The translations under genes were made by a program, and so were the position numbers. The notes beneath the pieces are model-generated. The model saw nothing but the letters and a program-made list of their open reading frames with translations, searched no databases and was not told the DNA's origin. Shown piece by piece: positions 37,662 through 51,146 of a stretch of 64,000 nt of DNA. Origin of the DNA: Epiperipatus broadwayi (taxonomy: Eukaryota; Animalia; Onychophora); the NCBI GenBank assembly GCA_028023455.1, contig JAQFVV010000009.1:5394001-5458000 (forward strand). The letters are read 5' to 3'. The first letter of the stretch is position 1. Each line of letters starts with the position of its first letter.

Positions 37662-38907
37662 AGAAGTTTGTCAAATGTTTAAATTTAAGGGAAACAAATT
37701 ATACAAACTGTGTTAAAACTGTTGTTCTTATCAATTCAGTTAAGTATACTGTATTTTAAAAAAATAGATATTAAATAATTAAATTTAGTATTAATTAATA
37801 AAAAAAAAACTAGGCTATTTTAAGATATAGGATTCAAAAGCAAGGAAAAAAAATTCTAACAGTTTAATAATTATGGAATTTTGAATATTCATGTAATTAA
37901 AATAAAATGAGACACAAAGGTATTAAAAATAACAGATTGTGAAACTTGTTATAAACAAGAAGTCAAAATTATATATAGCTAGTTTTTCTTGAAATTAGTC
38001 AATCTGGATTCTTGCTTTATTCAAGCTGCATTGAACTGTCATTAGGATGATTAAATAGGAAAAAAAGAGAAACTTTCCAAAGTTGCATGAAAATCTGACC
38101 TGAACCTCTAGTTTTGTCAAACTACTTTGAAGGAACCTCTAATCAAAATGAAGAGACAAAAATGCCCAAACTTTAAATTTCAAAATAGGAGATTAATAAA
38201 GGATATGATAACAACTTACAAAGAAAGAAACATGATTATAAATTGAATCAAATAATGTATGTCACTATGTGAAAACTATTAGCCTACATAAAAATCCTTA
38301 TTTTGGCTACTAAACTTTATGCTACATAAAAAAAAAAAGAAAGAGAAAAAACTGCTTGTTGATTTGACTATTATCCTAAAATATTAATCATTTTAAGTTT
38401 TATTTTATGATCTCTTATATTTAATTCTAATGAACAATACTTTATTATGTATAATGTGTTTATATATTATTTAAGTGACTGATTAAAGGAGGAAGTGAAT
38501 GTTTTATTTAAAAATAATAATTAGTTAGCATTTGTTGTTAAACATTTATAAATACTCTAGTTGCATTTAAGCCAGATTTTAAAAAAAAGTATATATGTGC
38601 TTAGCTAAAATTTTAGCTCCTCTACAAAAAACAAAAGTTTTCTTTTCATGCAGAAATTGTCAGCAGATATGTAAAGTTAGTTAAAATAATCAAGATGTAA
38701 TATTCATTTTAAATACACAAAATGTGTAATGAATGGTAGCATAATTATTAGAGTTTTAAGTTAAAAGGTTTATTTTAAAATTTGATCGAGTTCATTTGAA
38801 AGTAAATTAACCGTGTTCATTGCCATGAATTAGATTTTATGTATATAGAACTTACAATATAAATGTAGTTGTTATATCACTGTTGAATGGTTAAACTATA
38901 TATCTAT

Positions 38908-40733
38908 TGCAACAGGGCAGGTATAGTCAAACCCTGTTGCGATAAATAGACAAATACGTATTCGTATACTTAACATATTATTATAAAAAAAATATTACTT
39001 TACTAACAAAACTAAAATTTACAAGTTAATGTATAATCATCGATCATTTATATGGTTGTATTAGATTATAGATTTAGTTATTTTTAATGAAAAAAGCTCA
39101 TAAAAAAGAGGTATGGGGGAATATACACGTGCTCTGATTTTTTTTTCCTTTTGCCAAACCCAGCTATACACATTGCTATGTATATGAATGAGTATGTTTT
39201 AAATCAATGGAATATGAAAATTCATAAAATAAAAACTTGATAAACTTTTAAAAATATATATATATTAAAAGTCAAAGAAAGAACTATAAATGCCAAGATG
39301 GCAGACATTGATTTACAGAACAATGAAAGTGACTGTTGCAAAACCTTGGAATGTTGAGTTCTAATTGAGTACTAATTAAAAAAAAGGTGTAAAAAGCTTT
39401 TATGGGGCATTCCAACCAAGGCACATGGAATGTTAATGGAAATAGAAAAAAAAAGAAAATGAATGAAAAGAAAGAATTAAGAGAGTCAGAAATTCCTGAT
39501 TTAAAAAAAAAAAGATAAAATTTAAAAAAAAAGGATATAAGTTTTGGGGAATCATGAAGAAAGCAGGATTTAAACTTCTCTATATAGAGAATAATCCAGA
39601 GATGAGTGTTATACATTGCTAAAATATGATTATGCTGGGGTAGAAACTTCAATGTGCGAGGTGTCCAAATCCTTCGTCTAAAATGTATAGTAGCCGCCGG
39701 TATCCGAGAAGAGATGTCAAGCCCGAAATATCTCAATAAATAATAATGTTGGACCATCATGATATGTGTGAAAAGAATAAATAAAATTCAGCCAAGTGAA
39801 ATCCGAACTTCAAAAATTAAGTTCATCATACAAGGACCGGAGATTCTCTTTCACTGGGTGAATTCAATCAATTCCCTGGGGAAACACAGGAACCTTTTTC
39901 TGTTTGCATATATGTATGACTTCTTAGTAAGCTTACTCAATTAAACTTCATGTAATTCAGAAAAAACTTTGATTGACTTAATTGTGAACTTTTTTTTTGC
40001 AAGGAGAGTTTAAATTAATCTGTACTGTCATTATTATTGTATTAATTCTTCAATAATTAAACCCTTGTTGCAACATGCATGTTATAGCATATTTGTGTGT
40101 GTGGGTTTTGATAAAAAAAAAAAAAGTAAACTGGCAAAGAAAATCTGGAAACATGGAAATACCGAGTTATAGAAAATAGAAAAAGAGGGAAATCAATCTA
40201 TTGTATGTCTATAATAAATGAATTTTAAAATGGGTTTACTGAATATCATGTATCTGCATTAACAAAAAGGAAAACGGATAGGAATATTTAATAAATAATA
40301 ACAAATGGAATTGATATTGACTTATGTAAATATTATTACAAATAAATGTACTAAATGCTGAATTCGAGTTTTTTTTTATTAAGATTAAAATAGGTAAGAT
40401 CTACTCCCAGTAATTTTATCACTCGCCGTGAGAAAGCTAGACGCAGGCCGGCTCATTTTGTCATCCTATTATATATTTCCATATTGTTCAGTATAATTCT
40501 TACCTACAGGTGAGATTGGCACTTGGAGTCTTTATTTAGACATCCATAAATATACTGTTGTATATCGAAGAAAATTATATACGTATAGGATATCCTAAAA
40601 TCAAAACAGATAATAATACAATTCGCATTTGATTGTTTTTTTTTGTTCATACGCATATATAAATATACATGCTCATATTCGCATAAAGATAAGCAATTTC
40701 AAGCAAGATAGGTAAAGGGGTGGACCCGTTACA
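38908..40733 (+). repeat. 5' LTR (1826 bp)
   Basis: Direct repeat of 46859-48728, about 88-90% by eye; starts with the hairpin TGCAACAGGG...CCCTGTTGCG. Confidence 0.95.
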
Positions 40734-41150
40734 ATGGCATCCAACAACAGGCCATCAAAGAGAAGTAGATTAACATGGGAAAAATATAAAAGAAATTAGC
40801 ATGAATTTTTTTAAAAAATAAATATATATATCAGTTTTTGTCAGATCATTATTGTTTTAGTCAAAAAAAAAAAAAATTAGGAAAAAGGAAGCTATATTAT
40901 ATTGGCAGAGTTGGATGTAGTTAATGTCAAATTTTTATAAGAAGGAACAAAAAAACTTTTTAAACTATTTGAAAAATCCCAACTGAGTGCAAAATATAAA
41001 AGCGTTTTCATAAAGTGATCACTTTAGGTTAGACTAGTTTTGAAAAACTTCCATAATAACAGACATAAATGTTTTTCTTGTTCATGATTGATTTCTTTTT
41101 AAAAAAAAAAAAAAGTAATACAGATATTTAAAAAATAAACGAGTCTTTAA

Positions 41151-42647
41151 AACCCATTGACCCCCAGTATGACAATCTAGAAATTTCGATTTTGAGCCGA
41201 GTTCGCATGTAAATGGTAAACGTCATACATACAGAACTTACTTTGTTCTTTGTGCCATTTTGTTTTCTACGAGAATATCTAAGAATTTTTTCTGTACAAT
41301 AATTTTTAGATTTTTTATGAATATTTTTAGCGAAGGGCATCTAAATTTTTTTTTAAATTTTTATAGGTCCCTACTATCGCATTTTGAGCTACAGCCTTAA
41401 TGAATATTACTTACGTAATCATTTTATATATCGTAAAAAAGTTATTCCACAATGGTTGGATCAATTACTGAAGATTTTAGTTCTGATTTTCCATTGAAGT
41501 TGTCTGCGATTCTGGGCCCTCTTCTCAAGTTATGTTTTTGGATAACGTTCAAGGGTATGTAATTACTTTTTTTTATTTATTTATTTTTTTATAAATTATA
41601 AAATTTTATATGTACCGAGACAAATAAATATGCTATAGAATAATAAATTATATTTTATATGTGATGAGACAAATAAATATGCTGTAGAATGGAAAAAAGT
41701 TCAGGATTGGGGTAATCTGTCACCCCATGAGCTGATGCATTTTTTGGCATGATTATAAATATGAATAGTGTATCACACGTGACCAAGTTTGAATTTATGG
41801 ATGAATTATTGCATTAGCCCGGACTTGCTAAAGTTATGACCTGCAATTGATTTGTGTCAATTTTAGGCAAGTAATATAGGATATTGTTTAGATTTTCTGG
41901 CTTCCTCAATCTATCCACTTATTGTTACAGTGCCATGTATTTGAACTCAGCCTTTCTTCATATCTTTTATGCAAAATAATTAATATATTTATATACAAGT
42001 TTATGCTACACAACTGGAATTTCATGTAATATAGGATATTTTATACACAGTTTCTGGCTTCATCAATCCATCCACTCTGTGTTATAGTACCATGTATTTG
42101 AACTCAACCTTTCTTCCACACATGTAATCATTGTTAATAATAAAAAAAAATATCTTTATTGATTTATTTTTATTCATTTTTTTTCTTATGAATGATATAT
42201 ATTTAATCCACTGTTCTGTTACTTTTTTCTCCACTAAAAACCATTCATATTGTTATAGGTAATTTTGCACAAATGAACACATCTGGCTCTAGAATGAAAA
42301 TGGACCACAGCAAGGCCGCAGTTTTACTAATTTTCTCAGTGAAAAATTACCACAGGTAAGACTTCAAATACATCATTCTTTTTGTCATTTTGTGACAGAT
42401 GTGATGAAGCTGTTTATGAAATTATCATTTTATCATTTGAATTTCAAAATTTAGGATTTTTTTTTCTTAACTTTTTCTTTATGAAATGAATATTTTAACA
42501 GCTTCATTACATTCTTTCATATATGACCTTTCTTTTAATGCATGTTTTTTTTATATTTATTACATTCAAACACAAAATATCTAAGTTATTATAGTTAGGG
42601 TAAATTTTTCTAAAAATTAACAATGGCCGCCTGGTTTTCAAAGGGTT
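41151..42647. mobile_element. TTAA-flanked non-autonomous DNA transposon (piggyBac- or Kolobok-like) nested in the Gypsy 5' UTR
   Basis: TTAA|AACCCATTGACCCCCAG ... CTGGTTTTCAAAGGGTT|TTAA: short imperfect TIRs with TTAA on both sides. No transposase recognised. Confidence 0.55.
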
Positions 42648-43176
42648 TTAAGTGGTTCACCTTGCAGTCAATTCATTTTAATGAGATACAAAATAATTAT
42701 TTGATTTTCTGCCACTTATCATTAATAAATAATGATTTTTTTTTATTAAATTAATATTGTTTTAATGGAAATTCGAGTAATGAATTATATTTAATTTACA
42801 CCCACACAGTAGCTATGATTTTAATATATTTTACACTTTTTACTTTTATAATCATCCCGACAATTTTCTGAATTTGAAACTAACTTTGAAACCAAGATTT
42901 TGAAATAACAATAGTCTATCTGTACTAGTTTTCAAAAAACAAAAGTAAGTAGAATTAGTGGGTAGGCCAGGTCAGGCTACTCAAGAATTTCACAATAAGT
43001 CTAAATAATATAGTGAAATATCGGTCCACAGTAACATTACACATATATATACTTAAGAAATATTGAAGGCATAAGGAAGTCAGGGAAGGGGTGCACTGTG
43101 CTTTGGGGGTTTGGAAGTTCAAAACCTAGCATGTAGAGAGCCAAAATAAAAAATATATATACATCACATAAAGAGG

Positions 43177-46100
43177 ATGGAATTGATAAAAGTATATGGA
43201 GGGAAGAAGGAAGAGATGCCAGTAGTTCACCTTAGGAGTCTGCAAAGATACTTTGAAAGTTATGGAACACCAGACGAGGTGAGAATGACAATAGCATCTT
43301 ACCACCTAGAAGGACAGGCTATGGATTGGTGGAACTTATTGCTACATAGACCAACCACAGACATTTTTAGATTACAAGATAGCCCTGGAGAGAGCTTTCT
43401 GGAATAAAGAAAGGCAGGACAACATTAGATCCCAATTGATAAAAGAGAAGTTTCAAGAGGATGGACCAGAGGACTATGTGAAATTTTTTAGGCATCAAGT
43501 AGCCACACTCAATATTAGACGCGTGTAATTTGTCAGAAAAACAGATTGTGAAGATAGTCTATTGGAACCTGCCAATAAGAATAAGATTGATGATAAAGGA
43601 GACAACTCGACTAAAGAAATAGACAAGATATTGAGTCAAATGGAAATAAGTGCAAAAATGAGACAGATCCAAGAGAAAAAGGAAGTAGACCACAGGAGAG
43701 ACATAATATTCAGGCTGCAACCAAATTCAAAACACATGTTCATGGTAGGACCATGTACCGAGTTATGCATGTCAAACATGTCCAAAAATATAGATAACAG
43801 CAGGACAGACCAAAGTGGAAGCGTTTATTGATTCAGGAAGTCAGGTCGCTATAATAACAGGAAGAGTGTATTTATAAACTCACCAGAGAACAAACAAATA
43901 TACCTGTTCTACCACTGAAAGCTGTACAAGTGGCTCTGGCCAAGGCGAAGGTTGAACTCAAACAAATATGGCTGGATGTCAAAATCCATGGAGTAAGTTG
44001 CTCCAATGTATTCCTAATCATGAAAAATTTGATTTGTGATATCTTATTGGAAACTGACTTTTTATACAAATATAAATGTAAATTGAATTATGAAAGTAGA
44101 CAAGCTATGTGTAATGGAGAGGTGATCGGATTTATAATGGATAGCAGATAGTTCAATAGGGACTTTGCAAGTTGCTGATGAACACAATGATGTAACAGAA
44201 AAAATAGACAAGGTGAAGATGGCTTGGGTAGAAGGGAAGGAAATACTAAGAAAGATACTGAAGGAATACAATCAGGTATTTTTAGACAGGTCAGATGTGA
44301 TCCCAGGGTTCGAACAAATGATTCAGATAAATGAAACCCAACCATTTAAGGCAAAATCATACCCAATTCCTCATCAATATAGGGAACAAGTGAAGGAGCA
44401 GATAGATTAAATGTTGGAATAGGGTATTATATCAAAAAGCTCCTCGGTTTATTGTAACTGGATAGTCGTCAAGAAAAAGGATAACTTCGTAGTTATGTCC
44501 CAATGCGAGGCAATTGAATAAGGTCATGGTTCCAGATTGTAACATACCACTATCCATGCAAGAATTACTTGGGAGATTTAAAGGAAAGTTTTTTCAACAT
44601 TTGATCTGACAGCAAGCTACTGGCAGATAAGGCTGCACCTGGAAGATCGTATACTGCCTTTAGATATGATGGCTGCTCATATCAGTTTAACTGTATGCCA
44701 TTTGGCCTGACTAAAAGCGGGGCTGGCTTACTATGATGTTTAGATCAGGTATTATCTGCTGAAATAAAAAAAATGGTAACAATGTATGTGGACAATGTAT
44801 TGGTGGTGTCAGCCAGCATGGAAGAACACGCCAAAGATGTGGAAATGTTTTTAAGAGTGTTGGAATAAAGGAATCAAGGTAAACCTGAAGAAAAGTGTGC
44901 TATTTCAGGAGGAAGTTACATTCTTGGGCCACCTTATAGGAGCACAGGGTGTCCAGAAAAAATCTTCAGCCATCAAAGATTTTCCAGGACCTAGGTCCAA
45001 AAAGCAGATATGATCCTTTTTGGCGAGGATCAACTTCTATAACTGTTTTCAGGAGCAGTTTGCTCAGCATATGGAATCATTAGTTAAATTACTGAGACAA
45101 GATGTAGTGTGGGAGTGGTGAGAAGCAAAACTAGGTATTTCCCAATTTTGAGAAATCCTTTGTGGTGCAGACTGACAGCAGTGGGTATGGGCTGGGAGCA
45201 ACAGCATCACAGATTCAAGAGGATGGTCAGGTGAAAGTGCTGTATTTCTTAAGTAGGTTGCTCAAGGGTCTTGAGAGTCATTACACTACCACAGAAAAGG
45301 AAGCTTTAGCCATTGTTTGGTCATTCCAATAACTCCGCACATTGTTATTGGGATCAAAAATAATCATGGTTATGGATCATAAGAGTTTAGAATTTATTAA
45401 CCAGAGTTATCTGACAAACAGTCTCTTGGTGCAGTGGAGCCTATACCTCCAAGAGTATAATTATGTGCTATACACAGATAACATTGTGGCTGATGCTCTT
45501 AGCCGTAACCCGGTGTGTTTACCATCATGTCATCTTAAAGCTGAAAATTTATATGTGGAATCTTAAAGCTGAAAATTTATATGTGGTAGGAATAAACTTA
45601 AGGGTTAATGAGAGGATAAAGAATGATCTTAAAAGATTGGCCTAGTGTCAGAGGGATGATGCCCAACTAAGTCAAATAATTGCACAACTGGAAGGGAATA
45701 AAAGCAAAAACGATGATGAGTCCAGATGTAGGATCAACGCTACAAACTTGATCAAGCTGTTCTCCAATACAAAGCAAAAAGGGGACCAGAAATTTGGAGA
45801 CCGATAATACCCCCAGTAAATATGGAATGAGGTGGTGACTCATGTCCACCAAATACATGGACATTATAGGATGTGAAAAACTGAAAAGGGGCTTAGGCAA
45901 TGGTTTTATTGGCCAGGCCTGCATGGGGCATCAGCCAATGTGAACTTCGTGAGAAAACTAAGCCTGCTAATATGAATTATGTAGGCCCAATGAGCTCCAT
46001 AATCCCAAAAAAGCCACATGAAATGATTGCCAAAGATTATTACGGGCCATTGCCTGCCTTTAACAGAAAAAAAATATTTGTTGGTGGTGTATGATCTATT

Positions 46101-46800
46101 CAGTAAATTTGTGGCTGCATATCCCATGACTCAAGCAAATACCCGAAACACCATAAGTCTCCTTGAAAAGGAATATTTTACTGCGATAGGAAAACCTCAA
46201 AGCATCCTCTTGGATCATGGCACAGAATGGAAAACATGGGTTCAGAAGTCAGGGATCTAACACTTACTAACATCAATTAGGAATCCCTAATCGAACCTGT
46301 GTGAGCGGGTGATGCATGAGGAGTTGGGTAGGTTGTTTAGAACATAACATCCCAACTAATCACCGAGGATGGGTTAAAAAGATTCTGGAAATACTGAACT
46401 ACATAAATTGGGTGATTAACAAGTCCATAGGGTTTTCTCCTGTGCAGCTCCAATTTGGCAAACCCGCTTCTAAATTAATCAAGGCCAAAATACCAGGACC
46501 AGAGGAAATGCCAATAAATGTGGAGGACCAAAAGCAGGCATATCATATACTTTTGAAAAGGAGTCAGGAAAGAAACACACACTGGAGAGGCCTTATCGGT
46601 TTAAAGTTGGCGATCTAGTCATGGTGAAAACCCCACACATGAGCGAACCGGAAAAATTTATCTGTAAGAAATTTTGCAGTTTATATGAGGGATCTTTCCC
46701 TATTGTTAAGTGTCAAGGGGATAATGCATTCTGGGTAAATACTGGGCAGGAGGTAAGGGGCTCGAACAATGCTCGTTCCCTCAAGCCCATGCCATTGTGA
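43177..46800 (+). pseudogene. Gypsy gag-pol pseudogene
   Basis: gag IASYHLEGQAMDWW; PR AFIDSGSQV (43821); RT FDLTASYWQI, MPFGL and YVDN (44785-44796); RH VQTDSSGYGLGA and YTTTEKEALAIVW; IN HQIHGH...FYWPGL, KDYYGPLP, LLDHG and FKVGDLVMVK. Multiple stops and frameshifts. Confidence 0.95.
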
Positions 46801-46858
46801 ACAGTTCATGATATTTAGGAGCCATTCAAATACATAAAGGCTTCTGGGAGGGAGGTAT

Positions 46859-48728
46859 TGCAACAGGGCAAGTATAATCAAACCCTGTTGTGATAAATAC
46901 ACAAATACGTATTCGTATACTTAATGTATTATTATAAAAAAATATTATTACTTTACTAACAAAACTAAAATTTACAAGTTAATGTATAATCAACGATCAT
47001 TTATATGGTTGTATTCTATTATAGATTTAGTTATTTTTTAATGAAAAAAGCTCATAAAAAAGAGGTATGGGGCAGTATACACATGCTCTGATTTTTTTTC
47101 CTTTTGCCAAATCCAGCTATACCCATTTCTATGTATATGTATGAGTATGTTTTAAATCAATGGACTATGAAAATTCATAAAATAAAAACATTTTGTTTGA
47201 TAAACTTTTAAAAAAATTTATATATTAAAAGTCAAAGCAAGAACTATAAATGCCAAGATGGAAGACATTGATTTACAGAACAATGAAAGTGACCATTGCA
47301 AAACCTTGGAATGTTGAGTTCTAATTGAATACTAATTAAAAAAAAAAAGGTGTAAAAAGCTTGTACAGTGCATTCCAACGAAGGCGCATGGAATGTTAAT
47401 GGAGATAGAAAAAAAAGAAAATGAATGAAAAGAAAGAATTAAGTGAAGGAGCGGAGTCGGAAATTCCCGATTTAAAAAAAAAAGATAAAAATTTTTTTTG
47501 AGGAGTCGTGAAGAAAGCAGGCTTTTTAGACTTCTATATATAGAGAATAATCCAGAGATCAGCATGATACATTGGTAAAATATGATTATGCTGGGGTAGA
47601 AACTTCAACGTGCGAGGTGTCCAAATCCTTCTCTTGAATGTATAGTAGCTTCTGGTATCTGAGAAGAGATGTTAAGCCTGAAAGATTGCCTCAATAAATA
47701 ATAACGTTGGACCATCATGATATGTGTCAAAAGAATAAATAAATAAATAAAATTCAGTCAAGTGGAATCCGAACTTCAAAAATTAAGTCGTCCAAGGACC
47801 GGAGATTCTCTTTCACCAGGTGAATTCAATCAATTCCCTGGGGAAACACATGTACCTTTTTCTGTTTGCATATAAGTATGACTTCTTAGTAAGCTTACTC
47901 AATTAAATTCCACGTAATTCAGAAAAACTGTTTGATTGACCTAATTGTGAACTTTTTTTTTGCTTGGAGAGTTTAAATTAATTTGTACTGTCATTATTAT
48001 CATATTAATTCTTCCATAATTAAACCCTTGTTGCAACATACATGTTATAGTGTATTTGTGTGTGTGGGTTTTGGTAAAAAAAAAAGAAAAAAGAGTAAAC
48101 TGGCAAAGAAGGGAAAGAAAATCTGGAAGCACGGAAATACTGAGTTATAGAAAATAGAAAAAGAGGGAAATCAATCTATTGTATACAGTAATATGTCTAT
48201 AATAAAATAATTTTAAAATGGGTTTACTGAATATCATGTATCTGCACTAACAAAAAGGAAAATGGATAGGAATAGTTAATACATAATAACAAATGGAATT
48301 GATATTCACTTACATAAATATTATTACAAATAAATATGTACTAAATGATGAATGTTTTTTTTTATTATTAAGATTAAAATAGGTTAGATCTACTCCCAGT
48401 AATTTTACCACCTGCCGTGAGAAAGCTAGCCACAGGCCGGGTCATTTTGTCATCTTATTATATACTTCCATATTGTCCAGTATAATTCTTACCTACGGGT
48501 GAGATTGGCGCTTAGAGTCTTTATTTAGACGTCCATAAATATACTGTTGTATAATATTGAAGAAAATTATATGTATAGAATAGAATATCCTAAAATCAAA
48601 GCAGATAATAATACGATTCGCATTTGATTGTTTTTTTTTGTTCATACGTGTATATAAATATACACGCTCATACTTACGTAAAGACGAGCAATTTCAAGCA
48701 AGATAGGTAAAGGGGTGGGCCCGTTACA
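46859..48728 (+). repeat. 3' LTR (1870 bp)
   Basis: Direct repeat of 38908-40733, preceded by the PPT. Confidence 0.95.
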
Positions 48729-50979
48729 CTATATGATGAATTTATTCACAGTTTGTTTTGTAAATATTAGGTTTGGTTCAAAAGAAACTATCTTACAATA
48801 ATTAGGTTGAATTATTATTAAATTCGAGATCAGATTTAAGAAGACCATCTCTCTAATTAATTGAGTTATTATTAAATAGAGATTTAGATCTAAAGTGGCC
48901 ACTCCCTAAAATTATTGTTATATGGAAGGTGTATTGATTATAATAATCTCATACTAGATATATGAGTGACTTCAGAATATACAGAAAACCAAAGATTTAC
49001 TCTACAGTAAGTATGCTCAATAATATATTCATGTTAGTATTATAATATGTAATTGAAAAATTAATGTTTTAAAATTAATCAAAATAAACTTCTAAACACT
49101 TTGCATATTTGTTTTCCAGCATGCATGTGAACTAAAAGATGGGTGAGAAATGGCTTATTAAAGCAATCATTATCATTAAATTATAATCATAAAGGTAATC
49201 AAACTATAAAGAAAATTGTCGTATTTTAAATACAAGTATATTTTTTATATACCCGGAGTATAAAGAAAGTTGTCATAAATTCTTATGATATAGTTTCAAA
49301 TGTAAGCATGTTAAGGTAAAAGAACATTATATCTTGTCTGACAATTATAATACTTTATAAACAAACAATTGTTTTGCTATTTATTTAAATAGTGTAATAT
49401 TGTCTGGTCTGCATATTAATCCTATGTTCATTTCATTGAGAGTAGCTTATGATCCACATGATTTGTCCAAGTATTGCAAATAATGGTTGTGTAGTGGTCA
49501 TCATTATTGCATATTAAAAAAAATATTTTCAAATCTTAAATATATAGAAATATGTACCCGTATATTTCCTGATGTTTAATGTCAGGTGACGCTCAAATTA
49601 ATTAAATCAAATTTAATACACAAATTGTACCACTATAATATCTGTGTGTGTTATTTAAACCTACCAAGAAATAGATTTAAATCTTTCACAAAAGCTGTGA
49701 TAGCACTATCATATTTGACATTTTAAATGTACGATGGTGCTGCGATAGCTACTTTTCTAAGTTGTTTTAAAACGTGGCAAATGTTAAATTACAGTGTGTG
49801 TCAGGCTGCAGTGATTCTTTCTATGAAGTTCATTTTTAATGTATTAATTTTAAAAAAATTCCAAGAGATATCAGCAGTATACAGACCTTTATGAAGCTTA
49901 TCCGTGATTGACAGCACATTTTATTGTTCTGACAAAGTTATGAAGGAGGTGGCGATTTGTGATTAGCTGATGTTTTAGATTCTTTTCCCTTGCAACTAAA
50001 TGCCACAGAAAATGTGATTTTCAGTAATTGTTAATGATTATGATGCAATATTTTTGTAAAAAGACATTATTAAACCAAATACTACATCATTAGGGGGGGA
50101 GGGATTGTCTTTGAAAACATTTTATTTTTAAAAAGACAGCTCTTAGAAAGTACATAAAGTATGTTATGAGAACCAAAATTGGTATGGAGATAATTATTAC
50201 AAGCTAAGAAAAATCTTTTTTGTAAAAACCGTATAAGAGAAATATTTTAGTAACAATTAATAATTTATTAACTTTTAGAATTTTTTTGTTTTTTTGGTGA
50301 TAACTAATTCTAAATATATCATTTTTTAATAACATAATCTTCTAATATCTAATATTTTGTTCTTTTAACTTTTTAATAAGTATGTGTTCCTTTGTTAATA
50401 TCTAATATTTTATTCTTTTAACTTTTTAATAAATATGTGTTCCTTTGTTATCGGTAAGATTTTCAGTTAGATACTTATTCTCACAAAAAAATATTAATTT
50501 AAAATATATATTTTAATTATTAGAAGGCTTAAATATTTGTAATGTAATGTATAAATTCATTTTGGAATATAAATAAAAAATATTTAATTACACACACAAA
50601 AAAATCAAACATTGATGTCATAGTAAAAATATTAATCACTAGTCTATTCAAAAATTTGCCAAGTAGGATTGGTCACAGATGTAGTCAATAGCAATCTGTA
50701 GATTGCAATATTTAAACTTTTAACTTCTCTAAAATCTATGATCTTTATATATAATTCAGTACATATCAGTAACTTAATCTGAATTAAATAAAGTTAGATA
50801 ATTTATGGAAAAAAAATTTTTTTATATCACACAACTTTTAATATAAATAAAAATATATTATTGCAACTGAAATTATGCATAAGAAATATTTTCATCAATA
50901 AACCAAATTAATGATAACAGAATATAAAAAAAATTAAAAGAACTTTCTAATAATTAAAGATCTGTTTAATCTTTTGCTA

Positions 50980-51146
50980 TCAGCTGATTTCAGTATCTTT
51001 TAATGAAGCAAGTTCACTCTGCAATTCTTCTCTTTTTTGCTTCAGATGACTAATTGTTTCTTTGTTGCACAACAATTTATTTTCTAATGTCTGAATCAGT
51101 GGTCCACTAAGATTCTCTATCAGATGACATATGGCTTTAGTGAAAA
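50980..51146 (-). CDS. BRCC3: BRCC36 last coding exon (coiled-coil/helical bundle), stop TGA
   Basis: Acceptor tttatttgtag| in phase 1 gives (V)FTKAICHLIENLSGPLIQTLENKLLCNKETISHLKQKREELQSELASLKDTEIS*, versus human VFTKNLCSQMSAVSGPLLQWLEDRLEQNQQHLQELQQEKEELMQELSSLE. Confidence 0.92.

Larger units (their letters stand above)
38908..48728 (+). mobile_element. Full-length but decayed Gypsy LTR retrotransposon
   Basis: LTRs at 38908-40733 and 46859-48728 (TGCAAC...GTTACA), 4-bp TSD CTAT (38904-38907 and 48729-48732), PBS-like TGGCATCCAACAACAGG (40735-40751), PPT GGGAGGGAGG (46846-46855). Confidence 0.95.

Noticed and set aside
39284-39760. 158-aa minus-strand ORF inside the 5' LTR
   Set aside because: Low-complexity Phe-rich translation of A-tracts; not preserved as one frame in the 3' LTR.
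1-48728. TE-dense block as a uni-strand piRNA cluster
   Set aside because: TE orientations are mixed (Gypsy and RTE on plus; other gag copies, Mag and Penelope on minus); cannot be supported without small-RNA data.
48956-49142. Plus-strand micro-exon candidates (YMSDFRIYRKPKIYST and HACELKDG) with good splice signals
   Set aside because: No recognisable protein and no convincing further exons; would need RNA-seq.
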